Shown here: one piece after another, positions 51,761-60,074 of the stretch
Layout: each line of letters starts with the position of its first letter
Numbering within the stretch: the first letter of the stretch is position 1
Source: Actinomycetota bacterium
Lineage (GTDB): Bacteria; Actinomycetota; UBA4738; HRBIN12
Assembly: GCA_046094825.1 (NCBI GenBank)
Contig: JBJTIF010000006.1
Coordinates: 1 to 60,074, forward strand
DNA: 60,074 bases
Direction: 5' to 3'
Translations under genes and position numbers: made by a program
Notes under the pieces: generated by a model
Told to the model about the DNA's origin: nothing
Seen by the model: the letters and a program-made list of their open reading frames with translations, nothing else
Database searches by the model: none

Positions 51761-53629
51761 CTACTCCGCCGAGGGCTCGAGGGCCCACCCGTAGAGACCC
51801 GCGACGATCACGAGCCCTCCGACGATCGCGAGCCACCAGGCGCCCGGCAGCACGAGTCCGTACCCGAACGGCAGGAACCCGAGCGCGGAGACGAGCGGGA
51901 AGTACGAGGGCGACGGGAGGTGGATGCCGTGCCCGTCGTGGTGCGCGGGCGCGTCACCCGAGCCGCCCGCGGGGACGGGGACGACCGTGCCCTCCTTCGT
52001 CTCGGCGTACTTCCGGTGCCAGAACTCGTCGAGGGAGTGCACCGTCGGGATCTCGGCGAAGTTGTAGTCGGGCGGCGGCGAGGACGTCGTCCACTCGAGG
52101 GTCCGGGCGTCCCACGGGTCGGCGAGGGTGCCGCGGGGCTGGCGCATCGAGCGGAGCACGTTCGCGAGGAACACGAGGATCGAGACCGCGATCACGAACG
52201 ACCCGATGGTGGCGACGAGGTTCCAGAACCCGAGGTTCAGGGACGCCGGGTACGACTGGATCCGCCGCGGCATGCCCTCGAGCCCGAGGATGTGGAACGG
52301 CGCGAACGTGAGGTTGAACCCGACGAGCATGCTCCAGAAGTGCGCCTTGCCGATCCGTTCGTCGAGCATCCGTCCGAAGACCTTCGGCCACCAGAAGTAC
52401 ATGCCGCTGAACAGGCCGAAGATCGCGCCGCCGAAGAGCACGTAGTGGAAGTGCGCGACGATGTAGTACGTGTCCGTCTGCTGGTAGTCGGAGGGGACGA
52501 CCGCGTGCGTGACGCCCGAGAGCCCGCCGATCACGAACATCCCGACGAACCCGAGCGAGAACAGCATCGGCGTCGTGAGCCGCACGTCACCCTTCCAGAT
52601 CGTGCCGAGCCAGTTGAAGATCTTCACGCCGGTCGGGATCGCGATGATCATCGTCGAGACACCGAAGGCCGTGTTCGCGACGGGTCCGAGCCCGACGGCG
52701 AACATGTGGTGCGCCCACACGCCGAACCCGATGAACCCGATCGCGATGCCGCTGAAGACGACGAACTGGTAGCCGAAGAGCGGCTTGCGCGCGAACACCG
52801 GGAGGACCTCGGACACGATGCCCATCGCCGGCAGGATGAGGATGTAGACCTCGGGGTGCCCGAAGAGCCAGAACAGGTGCTGCCAGAGCACCGGGTCCCC
52901 GCCCGCGGCCGGGTCGAAGAAGTGCGTGCCGAACCGCCGGTCGAAGAGCATCTCGACGAGGCCGACCGTGATGATCGGCAGCGAGAACGCGAGCAGGAAC
53001 TGCACGACGAGCCCCATCCAGACGAACACCGGCATCCGGAACAGCGTCATGCCCGGCGCCCGCATGTTCAGGACGGTCACCGCGAGGTTCACCGCCGAGA
53101 CGGTCGAGGCGACACCGGCGATGAGGAGGCCGACGGAGTAGAACGTCATGCCCGGCGACAGGTCGAGCGTGGAGTTCGGCGCGTACCCGAACCACCCGCC
53201 GTTCGGCGCACCGCCGAGCAGGAAGCTCGAGTAGATGAAGATGCCGCCCGCGAGCCACACCCAGAAGCTGTACGCGTTCAGACGCGGGAACGCGACGTCG
53301 CGCGCGCCGATCATGAGCGGGATCAGGTAGTTCAGGAAGGCCGCGGAGAGCGGCATGACGACGAAGAACACCATCGTGATGCCGTGCATCGTGAAGATCT
53401 GGTTGTAGGTGTCGGGGTCGAGGACCGTCGCATCCGGCTGCGCGAGCTGGACGCGGATCAGGAGCGCCTCGATGCCCCCGACGAGGAAGAAGATGAAGGA
53501 CGCGATGCCGTAGAGGATCCCGATCTTCTTGTGGTCGACGGTCGTGAACCAACTCGCGAATCCCTCGGTCGCGGAGGGACGGCGGATCCACCTGCGGGTC
53601 GGGGCGGCAGGAACGGTCACGCTGGCCAT
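51761..53629 (-). CDS. ctaD: Cytochrome c oxidase subunit I
   Basis: 622 aa with WFFGHPEVYILILPAMG (here LFWLFGHPEVYILILPAMG) and the HHMF and HFHYVL heme/CuB ligand motifs. Confidence 0.95.
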   Translation of the reverse strand: MASVTVPAAPTRRWIRRPSATEGFASWFTTVDHKKIGILYGIASFIFFLVGGIEALLIRVQLAQPDATVLDPDTYNQIFTMHGITMVFFVVMPLSAAFLNYLIPLMIGARDVAFPRLNAYSFWVWLAGGIFIYSSFLLGGAPNGGWFGYAPNSTLDLSPGMTFYSVGLLIAGVASTVSAVNLAVTVLNMRAPGMTLFRMPVFVWMGLVVQFLLAFSLPIITVGLVEMLFDRRFGTHFFDPAAGGDPVLWQHLFWLFGHPEVYILILPAMGIVSEVLPVFARKPLFGYQFVVFSGIAIGFIGFGVWAHHMFAVGLGPVANTAFGVSTMIIAIPTGVKIFNWLGTIWKGDVRLTTPMLFSLGFVGMFVIGGLSGVTHAVVPSDYQQTDTYYIVAHFHYVLFGGAIFGLFSGMYFWWPKVFGRMLDERIGKAHFWSMLVGFNLTFAPFHILGLEGMPRRIQSYPASLNLGFWNLVATIGSFVIAVSILVFLANVLRSMRQPRGTLADPWDARTLEWTTSSPPPDYNFAEIPTVHSLDEFWHRKYAETKEGTVVPVPAGGSGDAPAHHDGHGIHLPSPSYFPLVSALGFLPFGYGLVLPGAWWLAIVGGLVIVAGLYGWALEPSAE

Positions 53630-53642
53630 CGGTCCTCCTCGA

Positions 53643-54746
53643 TCACTGCAGGGTCAGCAGGTACGCCGTGAGCGCCTCGATCTCATCGGGCGTGAGCCCG
53701 TAGTCGGGCATCCACGACCCCGCCTTCACGGCCGGCGGATTGTCGAGCCACTTGCGGAGGTTCTCGTCGTTCAGCTCGAGGATGCACCCCGCGAAGCAGT
53801 CGCGGCTCGCGAAGTGCGTGAGGTCGGGGCCGCCGTTCGCGACGAGCGGCTGGCCGTTCGCGGTCTCGAGCCCCTGGATCGCGTGGCAGGCGATGCACTG
53901 CCCGTTCAGGAAGAGCTGCGCTCCCGTCGCCGCGAGCGAGCCCTCGGCGGCGGTCACCGCGTCCTGCCGCTGCTCTGCGAGCCACCGCTCGTAGTCCTCG
54001 GCGGTGTGCACGACGACCCGGAAGCGCATGTACGCGTGGGACAGACCGCAGAACTCCTTGCACTGGCCGGAGTACGTGCCGGGCTCCGAACCCTCGAGGA
54101 GGAGCGTGTTCGCGCGCCCGGGCACGACGTCCTGCGTCCCCGCGAGCTCCGGGACCCAGAACGAGTGGATCACGTCGAACCCGACGCCCGCGGGCTGCGG
54201 TCCCTCCGCGCCGCCCGGCTGGCAGGGCGAGGCGACCGGCACCCCGCCGTACCCCGTGCCCGCCGCGCAGAGCGTGAGCAGGACCGGTCGATCCTCCGGG
54301 ATGTGGAGGACGTTCGCCGTGTTCACGCCGTCGCTCGGGTAGTCGAACTCCCACCAGAACTGGTGGCCGATCACGTTCACCTCGAGCGCGTTCGGCCCGG
54401 GGTCGCGCTTCAGGTCGAAGATCGTCGCGACGGTCGGGACCGCGACCCCGGCGAGGATGAGCGCCGGCAGGATCGTCCAGGCGATCTCGAGCCGCGTGTT
54501 GCCGTGGATCTGCGGCGGGATCACATCGCGGCCCTTGCGGTGGCGGAACCGCCAGGCGAAGTACACGAGGGCGACCTCGACGACGACGAAGATCACGCCG
54601 GCGATCGCGAAGACCGGGACCGAGAGGTCGTAGATGCTGCTCGCGTTCGGCCCGGCGGGCTCGAGGGCGCTCTGCCCGTTGTTCGCGCACGCGGCGAGGA
54701 CCGGCACGAGGGCAGCGAGCGCGGCGGAACGGCGGAGCGTGCGCAT
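53643..54746 (-). CDS. ctaC: Cytochrome c oxidase subunit II with C-terminal cytochrome c domain (caa3-type)
   Basis: ATG at 54746. 367 aa with a lipobox-like LAAC, the CuA motif HSFWVPELAG...CKEFCGLSHAYM and a C-terminal heme c site CIACH. Confidence 0.9.
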   Translation of the reverse strand: MRTLRRSAALAALVPVLAACANNGQSALEPAGPNASSIYDLSVPVFAIAGVIFVVVEVALVYFAWRFRHRKGRDVIPPQIHGNTRLEIAWTILPALILAGVAVPTVATIFDLKRDPGPNALEVNVIGHQFWWEFDYPSDGVNTANVLHIPEDRPVLLTLCAAGTGYGGVPVASPCQPGGAEGPQPAGVGFDVIHSFWVPELAGTQDVVPGRANTLLLEGSEPGTYSGQCKEFCGLSHAYMRFRVVVHTAEDYERWLAEQRQDAVTAAEGSLAATGAQLFLNGQCIACHAIQGLETANGQPLVANGGPDLTHFASRDCFAGCILELNDENLRKWLDNPPAVKAGSWMPDYGLTPDEIEALTAYLLTLQ

Positions 54747-54838
54747 CGGACCCTTTCTGCCGAACCCCCCGGGCGGGGTGAGCGCGATGCTATCACCGTG
54801 CCTACGACCACCCGGAACACCCCGGGTCACGTGCGCGG

Positions 54839-55734
54839 TCACGAGACGCCCGCGTACGAGTGGAGCCCGACGACCCAGAGGTTCACGGCGTAGTAGGTGA
54901 TGAGCAGGGACACGAACCCCACGAGGGCGATGACCGCCGCGCGGCGGCCGCGCCAGCCCGAGGTCGTCCGCGCGTGGAGGTACCCCGCGTAGATCGTCCA
55001 GGTGACGAAGGACCAGGTCTCCTTCGGATCCCAGCCCCAGTACCGGCCCCAGGCGTCCTCGGCCCAGATCGCGCCGGAGATGACCCCGAAGGTCCACAGC
55101 GGGAAGGCGAAGGCGAACAGCCGGTACGCGAGTCCGTCGAGCGCCTGGGCCGAGGGCAACCGTCCACGGCGCGTGGCCTCGGCGTCGATCGCGGCGACGG
55201 CGTCGGCTTCGAAGTCCGGCGGCGCTCCCGGCGTTCCTGCCACAGGTAGAGGATCGTGACGATCCCGCCGAGCGCGAGGAGCGAGGACGACCAGATCATC
55301 GCGTTCACGTGGATCGTGCGCCAGTACGAGTCGAGCGCCGGGACGAGCGGCGCGGGGCCGACGTAGAGGAAGAGCACCGCGACCGCGAGCGTGAGGACCG
55401 CGAACCCGAGGACGAAGCCGCCGACGGTGCGGATGCCCGCCCGGTACTCGACGACGACGAGATAGGCGACGACGAGAAGAAACGCGAGCGAGAGCGAGTA
55501 CTCGTACATGTTGCCGATCGGGAGGCGCTCTGCCGCGAGGCCGCGCGCGACGAGCGTCACCGCGTGCGCGATCCCACCGACGACCGTCGCCGCGATGCTC
55601 AGGCGCCACGCGGTGACGCGACGGAAGGCGAGGAAGTGGAACGCGAGGAGCATGCCCGCGAGGTACGCGAAGAACGTGACGTTGAACGCGTCGTTCGAGA
55701 TGCGGGCCCAGGCCTGCGCGGCGGCGTCGAGCAT
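54839..55734 (-). pseudogene. resC: Cytochrome c biogenesis protein CcsB/ResC (system II heme handling), interrupted by a frameshift near 55190-55240
   Basis: The N-terminal half is in the frame of ORF 54883..55734 (plausible up to ...ALGGIVTILYLWQER). The C-terminal half is in the frame of ORF 54839..55780 (LPSAQALDGLAYR...WGRYWGWDPKETW... WWD motif). Each frame becomes Arg/Pro-rich nonsense beyond the junction. Confidence 0.75.
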
Positions 55735-57239
55735 CAGGCGACCGGTTCTCGGAGCCGCTCGACGAGGTCGGCGAACTCACCCTCGAAGTCCTCGGTGCGC
55801 TGCACGGCGAACCCTCCGATCCGCAGGACCGACCCGCCCCCCGCGGGCACCGCGTCGACGTACACGCGGCGGCGCGAGCCGTAGAGCGAGAGGAGCAGCC
55901 CCCCGAGGACGAGGATAGCCGCGGCGAGCACGATGCCGACCCCTCGATCTCGGGTCACCTGGAGCACGGTGTACTGGCGGAGGTCGGTGAACGCGACGGT
56001 CAGACCGTCCCGGATCGAGACCGTCTGACCGGCACCGATCGCTCCTTCCCCGATGGGGCGCATGGCGCTCGTGTCGAGGTCGGCGATCCCCTGGGTGCGA
56101 TCGGCGCGCAGGTCGCCCTCGAAGGCCGTGTAGGAGAGGACCGGCTGGAACTCCATGATCATCGGCATCGGGAGGCCCTGGCCGAGGATCGCAGCGAGCG
56201 CGCGGCTGTCCGGCCACAGGCGGAACGCGACCCCGACCTGCGGGCGCACCGAGGCGACCTTCAGGACGCAGTCCCAGGGCAGCTGGAGTGGGCTCGTCCC
56301 CGCCGGCGGGACACCCTGCGTGCAGACGATCGGCGCGTCGGCGATCACCTCGCCGTCGCGTTCGACGCGGACGACCGGCGCCCACCCGTAGCCGTACTGG
56401 TAGAGCTTCACGTGGCCGATGCGCGCGGGATCGTTCACGCGGATGTCGACCTCGCGCGCGTCGCCCCCATCGGCGGCCGCGATCGTCGCGCGTGTCACGA
56501 AGTCCGCAGGCTGCCCCGTGATGCGGTACGTCGCCTCGAAGTCCTCGACGGCGACGGTCGCGCCCGAGTGGTCCTCGCCGAACCACGATCCCTCGCGGAG
56601 CGTGCCGTCGTAGTTCGCGTGCGTCTCGGTCCACGTCTGCCCCTCGACGATGACGGCCTTGCCGGTGAAGCCGGTACCTCGGCCCCACACGACGCCGACG
56701 AGCAGCAGGAGGAACGCCCAGTGGAAGACGAGGCTCCCCGCCTCGCGGAGCACGCCCTTGTCGGCGGCGATCGCGGGCGCGGCGGCGTCGTTCATCCGGA
56801 GCCAGCGCCGTCCGCGGAGGATGCGGCGCGCGCCCGCGATCGCCGCCGACGGATCGGACGCGACCGGCACCTCCGCGTAGTGCCGCATCGCGTCGAGGTC
56901 GCCGACCGGCGCGGGACGCGAGCGGATCGCGCGGAACGTCGCCCGCGTCCGCGGCAGCAGGCAGGTGACGAGCGACACGAGCAGGAGCGTGTACACGAGC
57001 GTGAACCACCACGACCCGTACACGTCGAAGAGCCCGAGCCGCGCGTAGACCGCGAACCGCAGCGGGTGCTCGGTCGCGATCTGCGCGATCCGCGCGTCGG
57101 CGAGGCCGACCTGCGGGACGAGCGATCCGGCGATCGACGCGAGCGCGAGGATGAGGAGGAGGACGAGCGCGGTGCGCATCGAGCGCAGCGAGCGCCAGGC
57201 GAGGGCCGCGGAGCGGCGGAGGGTCGGCCGACCCCTCAC
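55734..57239 (-). CDS. resB: Cytochrome c biogenesis protein ResB/Ccs1
   Basis: GTG at 57239 (GTGA overlap with the ccdA stop). 501 aa with the N-terminus LRSMRTALVLLLILALASIAGSLVPQ, a large extracytoplasmic domain and a C-terminal TM. Confidence 0.85.
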   Translation of the reverse strand: MRGRPTLRRSAALAWRSLRSMRTALVLLLILALASIAGSLVPQVGLADARIAQIATEHPLRFAVYARLGLFDVYGSWWFTLVYTLLLVSLVTCLLPRTRATFRAIRSRPAPVGDLDAMRHYAEVPVASDPSAAIAGARRILRGRRWLRMNDAAAPAIAADKGVLREAGSLVFHWAFLLLLVGVVWGRGTGFTGKAVIVEGQTWTETHANYDGTLREGSWFGEDHSGATVAVEDFEATYRITGQPADFVTRATIAAADGGDAREVDIRVNDPARIGHVKLYQYGYGWAPVVRVERDGEVIADAPIVCTQGVPPAGTSPLQLPWDCVLKVASVRPQVGVAFRLWPDSRALAAILGQGLPMPMIMEFQPVLSYTAFEGDLRADRTQGIADLDTSAMRPIGEGAIGAGQTVSIRDGLTVAFTDLRQYTVLQVTRDRGVGIVLAAAILVLGGLLLSLYGSRRRVYVDAVPAGGGSVLRIGGFAVQRTEDFEGEFADLVERLREPVA

Positions 57240-58024
57240 AGCGCCGGGGTGAAGCGACCGATCGCCCGCAGGAGCGGGGCGAGGAGCCTCGTCCAGGCAC
57301 CCGAGGCGACGAGGAGCCCGATCGCGAGCATCGCCCCGCCCGCGACCGCGGTGATCGCCCCGTGGTGCCGACGGACCGCCGCGAGGGCCCCGAGGCGGCC
57401 GACCCCGAGCCCGACGAGCACGAAGGGCACCCCGAGGCCGAGCGAGTAGGCGAGGAGGAGGAAGGCCGCCCTCGCGGCGTCCCCCTGCGACGCCGCGAGG
57501 GCGAGGACCCCCGCGAGCACCGGACCCACGCACGGGGTCCACCCGGCTCCGAAGGCGACCCCGAGCGGGAACGCCCAGGCGGGCCCGGCGGGGACGCGGC
57601 CGAGGAGCGGCCGGGCCTCGGCGTAGAGACCGGGCCGGCCGAGTCGGAAGGCGTACGCGAGGAGGAACGCCCCGAAGGCGGCGATGAGCAGGCCGCTCAC
57701 CCGGGTCCCGACCGCCGATCGCAGGATCCCCTGCACCGCACCGGTGAACGCCCCGAGCGCGACGAAGACCGTCGAGAACCCGGCCACGAACAGGAGCATC
57801 GGCGCGAGGCGGCGCGTTCCGCCCGCGGCCTCGACCGGACCCCCGGTCACCCCCGCGACGAAGGAGAGGTACCCGGGCACGAGGGGGAAGACGCAGGGCG
57901 AAGCGAACGACACGACGCCGGCCGCCGCCGCGAGGAGCGGCGCCCACCACGCGGCGAGACCGCGGGTCACCAGGTCGGCCAGGAGCACCTCCACGCCGGT
58001 CAGTGTAGGCAGGGCGCGGCGCAC
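57236..58024 (-). CDS. ccdA: Cytochrome c biogenesis thiol-reductant transporter CcdA (DsbD-family)
   Basis: 262 aa with 6 TM and the two conserved Cys motifs FASPCVFPLVPGY and GWTPCVGPVL. Confidence 0.85.
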   Translation of the reverse strand: MRRALPTLTGVEVLLADLVTRGLAAWWAPLLAAAAGVVSFASPCVFPLVPGYLSFVAGVTGGPVEAAGGTRRLAPMLLFVAGFSTVFVALGAFTGAVQGILRSAVGTRVSGLLIAAFGAFLLAYAFRLGRPGLYAEARPLLGRVPAGPAWAFPLGVAFGAGWTPCVGPVLAGVLALAASQGDAARAAFLLLAYSLGLGVPFVLVGLGVGRLGALAAVRRHHGAITAVAGGAMLAIGLLVASGAWTRLLAPLLRAIGRFTPAL

Positions 58025-58064
58025 CCTTGCCTGCCCCCGGGTCGGCTTGGCATGATGACCGCGC

Positions 58065-58082
58065 TCGTGAACCGCTTCACAA
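58065..58082. promoter_or_regulatory. Rex-like operator (one mismatch) in the ccdA / b6-cluster divergent promoter region
   Basis: TCGTGAACCGCTTCACAA versus the consensus TTGTGAA-N4-TTCACAA (position 2 is C instead of T). It lies in the 137-nt gap between the ccdA start (58024) and the 58162 ORF. Confidence 0.55.
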
Positions 58083-58161
58083 GGTCGCGCCGTGCGTGCG
58101 GCGGGCCTCCGTGTAGTAGGTTCGCGGAGACGTCCCGCGAGCAGACGAGGAACCGAACCGC

Positions 58162-58515
58162 ATGAAGCTCCCGAACCAGGTGGTCCGCCTCAAGGAGCGC
58201 GCCGAACCGTTCCTCCGGGAGTTCGAGTGGACCTGGACGACGGCCACCCTCTTCTCGCTCGGCGTCTTCTTCTACCTCATGATCTCGATGGCGGTCGTGC
58301 CGTCGTTCTGGCTCTACTTCGCCGACCAGCAGCTCGGGTGGGACGGCTCCGGGCCGAACGGGTTCTGGCTCATGCAGGCGCGGGACGCGGTCGCGATGGG
58401 GCTCACGACCGGCCCCTTCGTCACGATCCTCATCGGCGCCGCGGCGATGCAGAACTGGCGTCGCCGTCTCCGCGGTCAGACGGGCGACACGCGTCCGACG
58501 GGCGGCTACCGGTGA
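58162..58515 (+). CDS. Small hypothetical membrane protein (2 predicted TM)
   Basis: 117-aa ORF from an ATG start with normal composition and two hydrophobic helices (ATLFSLGVFFYLMISMAVVPSFWLYF, AMGLTTGPFVTILIGAAAM). It is the first gene of the ferredoxin/cytochrome b unit. I recognise no family. Confidence 0.55.
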   Translation: MKLPNQVVRLKERAEPFLREFEWTWTTATLFSLGVFFYLMISMAVVPSFWLYFADQQLGWDGSGPNGFWLMQARDAVAMGLTTGPFVTILIGAAAMQNWRRRLRGQTGDTRPTGGYR

Positions 58516-58528
58516 GGGGGGTCCGCTA

Positions 58529-58924
58529 GTGCCGTTCACGAAGACCGAGGTCGACATCAAGACCGACTACGTCCTCACGCCGGTGGACGCCGCCTGGCTC
58601 GCGCAGGGCGTGAAGTCGCCGAAGCACCTCATGCTCGACCCCGACAACTGCATCCTCTGCCGCGCGTGCGAGGACGTCTGCCCGTGGAACTGCATCTACA
58701 TGATGTCGAACGACATCGTCGAGGACAGCGCGTCGCCATCGGTCGCCTCCGAGGTCGAGAGCGCCTACGCCGTGTTCGTCGTCGACGACAACGCGTGCAC
58801 GCGGTGCTCCGTCTGCGTCGAACGGTGCCCGACGGACACGCTGTACTATGCGCGTCTGCCGGAGGGGACCTCGGGCCAGCGCACGATGGGGGCCGTGCCG
58901 ATGTCGCAGGCCGAGGACGAGTAG
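58529..58924 (+). CDS. 2x[4Fe-4S] dicluster ferredoxin-domain protein
   Basis: 131 aa from a GTG start with CILCRACEDVCP and CTRCSVCVERCP motifs. Confidence 0.8.
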   Translation: MPFTKTEVDIKTDYVLTPVDAAWLAQGVKSPKHLMLDPDNCILCRACEDVCPWNCIYMMSNDIVEDSASPSVASEVESAYAVFVVDDNACTRCSVCVERCPTDTLYYARLPEGTSGQRTMGAVPMSQAEDE

Positions 58925-58934
58925 GAGCGATCGC

Positions 58935-59705
58935 GTGAAGCTGAAGCCGCCGTCACCGGGCGAGGTGTTCGACCGCGTCCGCGAAACCGAGGTCTGGAAG
59001 TCGATCTTCCGACCCGGGTCGATCTTCCGGAAGGGCTACAAGGACACGTCGCGCGACCGCGCCCTCGCGACGATGAACAACGTGCTCTACCACCTCCACC
59101 CCGTGAAGATGAAGCGGCACGGGTTGAAGCTGACCTACACGTTCTGCCTCGGCGGCCTCTCCTTCTTCACGTTCATCGTGCTCACGATCACCGGCATCTT
59201 CCTCATGTTCTTCTACCGCCCCGCGGCCGAGCTCGGCGCGGCGCAGGCGTACGCGGACATGCAGGCCATCCGCACGAACGTGTTCTTCGGCGACCTCGTC
59301 CGCAACCTCCACCGCTGGGGCGCGCACATCATGGTCTTCACGGTGACGCTCCACATGGCGCGCGTCTTCTACACCGGGTCCTACAAGCCCCCGCGGGAGT
59401 TCAACTGGGTCGTCGGCGTCGTGCTCCTGTTCCTCACGCTCGGGCTCTCGTTCACGGGGTACCTCCTCCCCTGGGACCAGCTCGCGATCTGGGCGGTCAC
59501 GGTCGGCACCTCGCTCGGCGCCTACGCGCCGTTCATCGCGAAGCAGGTGAACTTCCTCCTGCTCGGCGGGGTCGTCGTCGGTCCCGAGACGCTCCTGCGC
59601 TGGTACGTGCTCCACGTCCTCGCCCTTCCGTTCGTCCTCGTGATCTTCCTCGCCGTCCACTTCTGGCGGATCCGCAAGGACGGCGGCATCTCCGGACCGC
59701 TGTAG
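58935..59705 (+). CDS. Cytochrome b6-like protein (cytochrome b N-terminal domain only, split-b type)
   Basis: GTG at 58935 with AGGAG 7 nt upstream. 256 aa with heme-ligand His pairs in RNLHRWGAHIMV and RWYVLHVLALPFVLVIFLAVHFW, plus a PWDQ-type motif (LLPWDQLAIWA). Confidence 0.85.
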   Translation: MKLKPPSPGEVFDRVRETEVWKSIFRPGSIFRKGYKDTSRDRALATMNNVLYHLHPVKMKRHGLKLTYTFCLGGLSFFTFIVLTITGIFLMFFYRPAAELGAAQAYADMQAIRTNVFFGDLVRNLHRWGAHIMVFTVTLHMARVFYTGSYKPPREFNWVVGVVLLFLTLGLSFTGYLLPWDQLAIWAVTVGTSLGAYAPFIAKQVNFLLLGGVVVGPETLLRWYVLHVLALPFVLVIFLAVHFWRIRKDGGISGPL

Positions 59706-59722
59706 GAACGAGGGAGCAGACG

Positions 59723-60074
59723 ATGGCCAAGGAAGAGACGCCGCTCGACCAGCCGACGTTCGACCGCGTCCTCGCGGAGGAACTCGCGAAGGGGACCGAT
59801 CGCCGCGTCGCCGAGGGCCGCGCGCGATCCGCCGCCGTCCGCGCCTCGCGCGGCGGCGCCGCACCCGCCGCGGCGCCGGCCGCGGCCCCCGCCGCCGCCC
59901 CCGCGGCCGCGGTCAGCGCCCCCGCCGCGCCGCCCGTCGCGTCCGCACCGGTCGCCGCGGCCGTCGCGACCACCGAGCGCGTCGCCCCCGCCCCGACCGG
60001 CAACGTGCCGTCCCCGAAGAAGGGTGCGCCCGACAAGCACCGGCTCCTCGCGCTCGTGCCGCCGGAGGGCATCC
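59723..60074 (+). CDS. Hypothetical protein with Ala/Pro-rich low-complexity region (5' part; runs off window end)
   Basis: ATG at 59723 with GAGGGAG 6 nt upstream. Hand translation: MAKEETPLDQPTFDRVLAEELAKGTDRRVAEGRARSAAVRASRGGAAPAAAPAAAPAAAPAAAVSAP...KHRLLALVPPEGI. By position it may be the next subunit of the b6-type complex. Confidence 0.5.
   Translation, partial: MAKEETPLDQPTFDRVLAEELAKGTDRRVAEGRARSAAVRASRGGAAPAAAPAAAPAAAPAAAVSAPAAPPVASAPVAAAVATTERVAPAPTGNVPSPKKGAPDKHRLLALVPPEGI

Noticed and set aside
51104-53671. 855-aa plus-strand ORF opposite ctaE/ctaD
   Set aside because: It is antisense to the most conserved gene in the window (cytochrome oxidase subunit I), and the product is a charged low-complexity sequence.

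Overview
Very GC-rich, actinobacterial-type chromosomal segment that is almost entirely coding. Many adjacent genes overlap by 1-4 nt (GTGA/ATGA), suggesting translational coupling. I saw no rRNA, tRNA, CRISPR array, transposase or integrase.

(1) 0-9.4 kb: housekeeping and metal homeostasis. It holds a Cys-less DksA/TraR-like protein, a Lon-N/SirB1-like pair and a Zur-like Fur-family regulator. A CopC-CopD fusion sits divergent from an unknown membrane protein with a predicted N-terminal His. A HIT protein, znuA divergent from znuC-znuB, and a DUF421 protein follow.

(2) 9.4-19.9 kb: a polyamine module. It comprises mmsA, potA, two tandem potD-like binding proteins, potB and potC. These are divergent from an aminoaldehyde dehydrogenase, a class-III aminotransferase and a HAD hydrolase.

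(3) 19.9-60 kb: a nearly uninterrupted respiratory supercluster.
- A truncated complex-I-like operon, nuoABC-HIJKLMN, with no nuoD/E/F/G.
- A polyprenyl diphosphate synthase that overlaps the genes on both sides.
- A complete nuoA-N operon preceded by a geranylgeranyl-reductase gene and a perfect Rex operator.
- A PNPOx-like gene and a second polyprenyl synthase.
- A fused ctaA-ctaB ORF.
- A long minus-strand operon: ccdA, resB, resC (frameshifted), ctaC (caa3-type), ctaD, ctaE, ctaF, ctaG, a tandem double cupredoxin and tlpA.
- After a second Rex-like operator: a small membrane protein, a 2x[4Fe-4S] ferredoxin, a split cytochrome b6-like gene and a partial Ala/Pro-rich ORF.

Most notable are the NuoD-less second nuo operon, the membrane-anchored double blue-copper protein in the cta operon, the ferredoxin/b6 cluster, the two Rex boxes, the ccsB/resC frameshift, and potA lacking any canonical start codon.

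All calls rest on reading the sequence and translations and on recalled family motifs; no database search was run.
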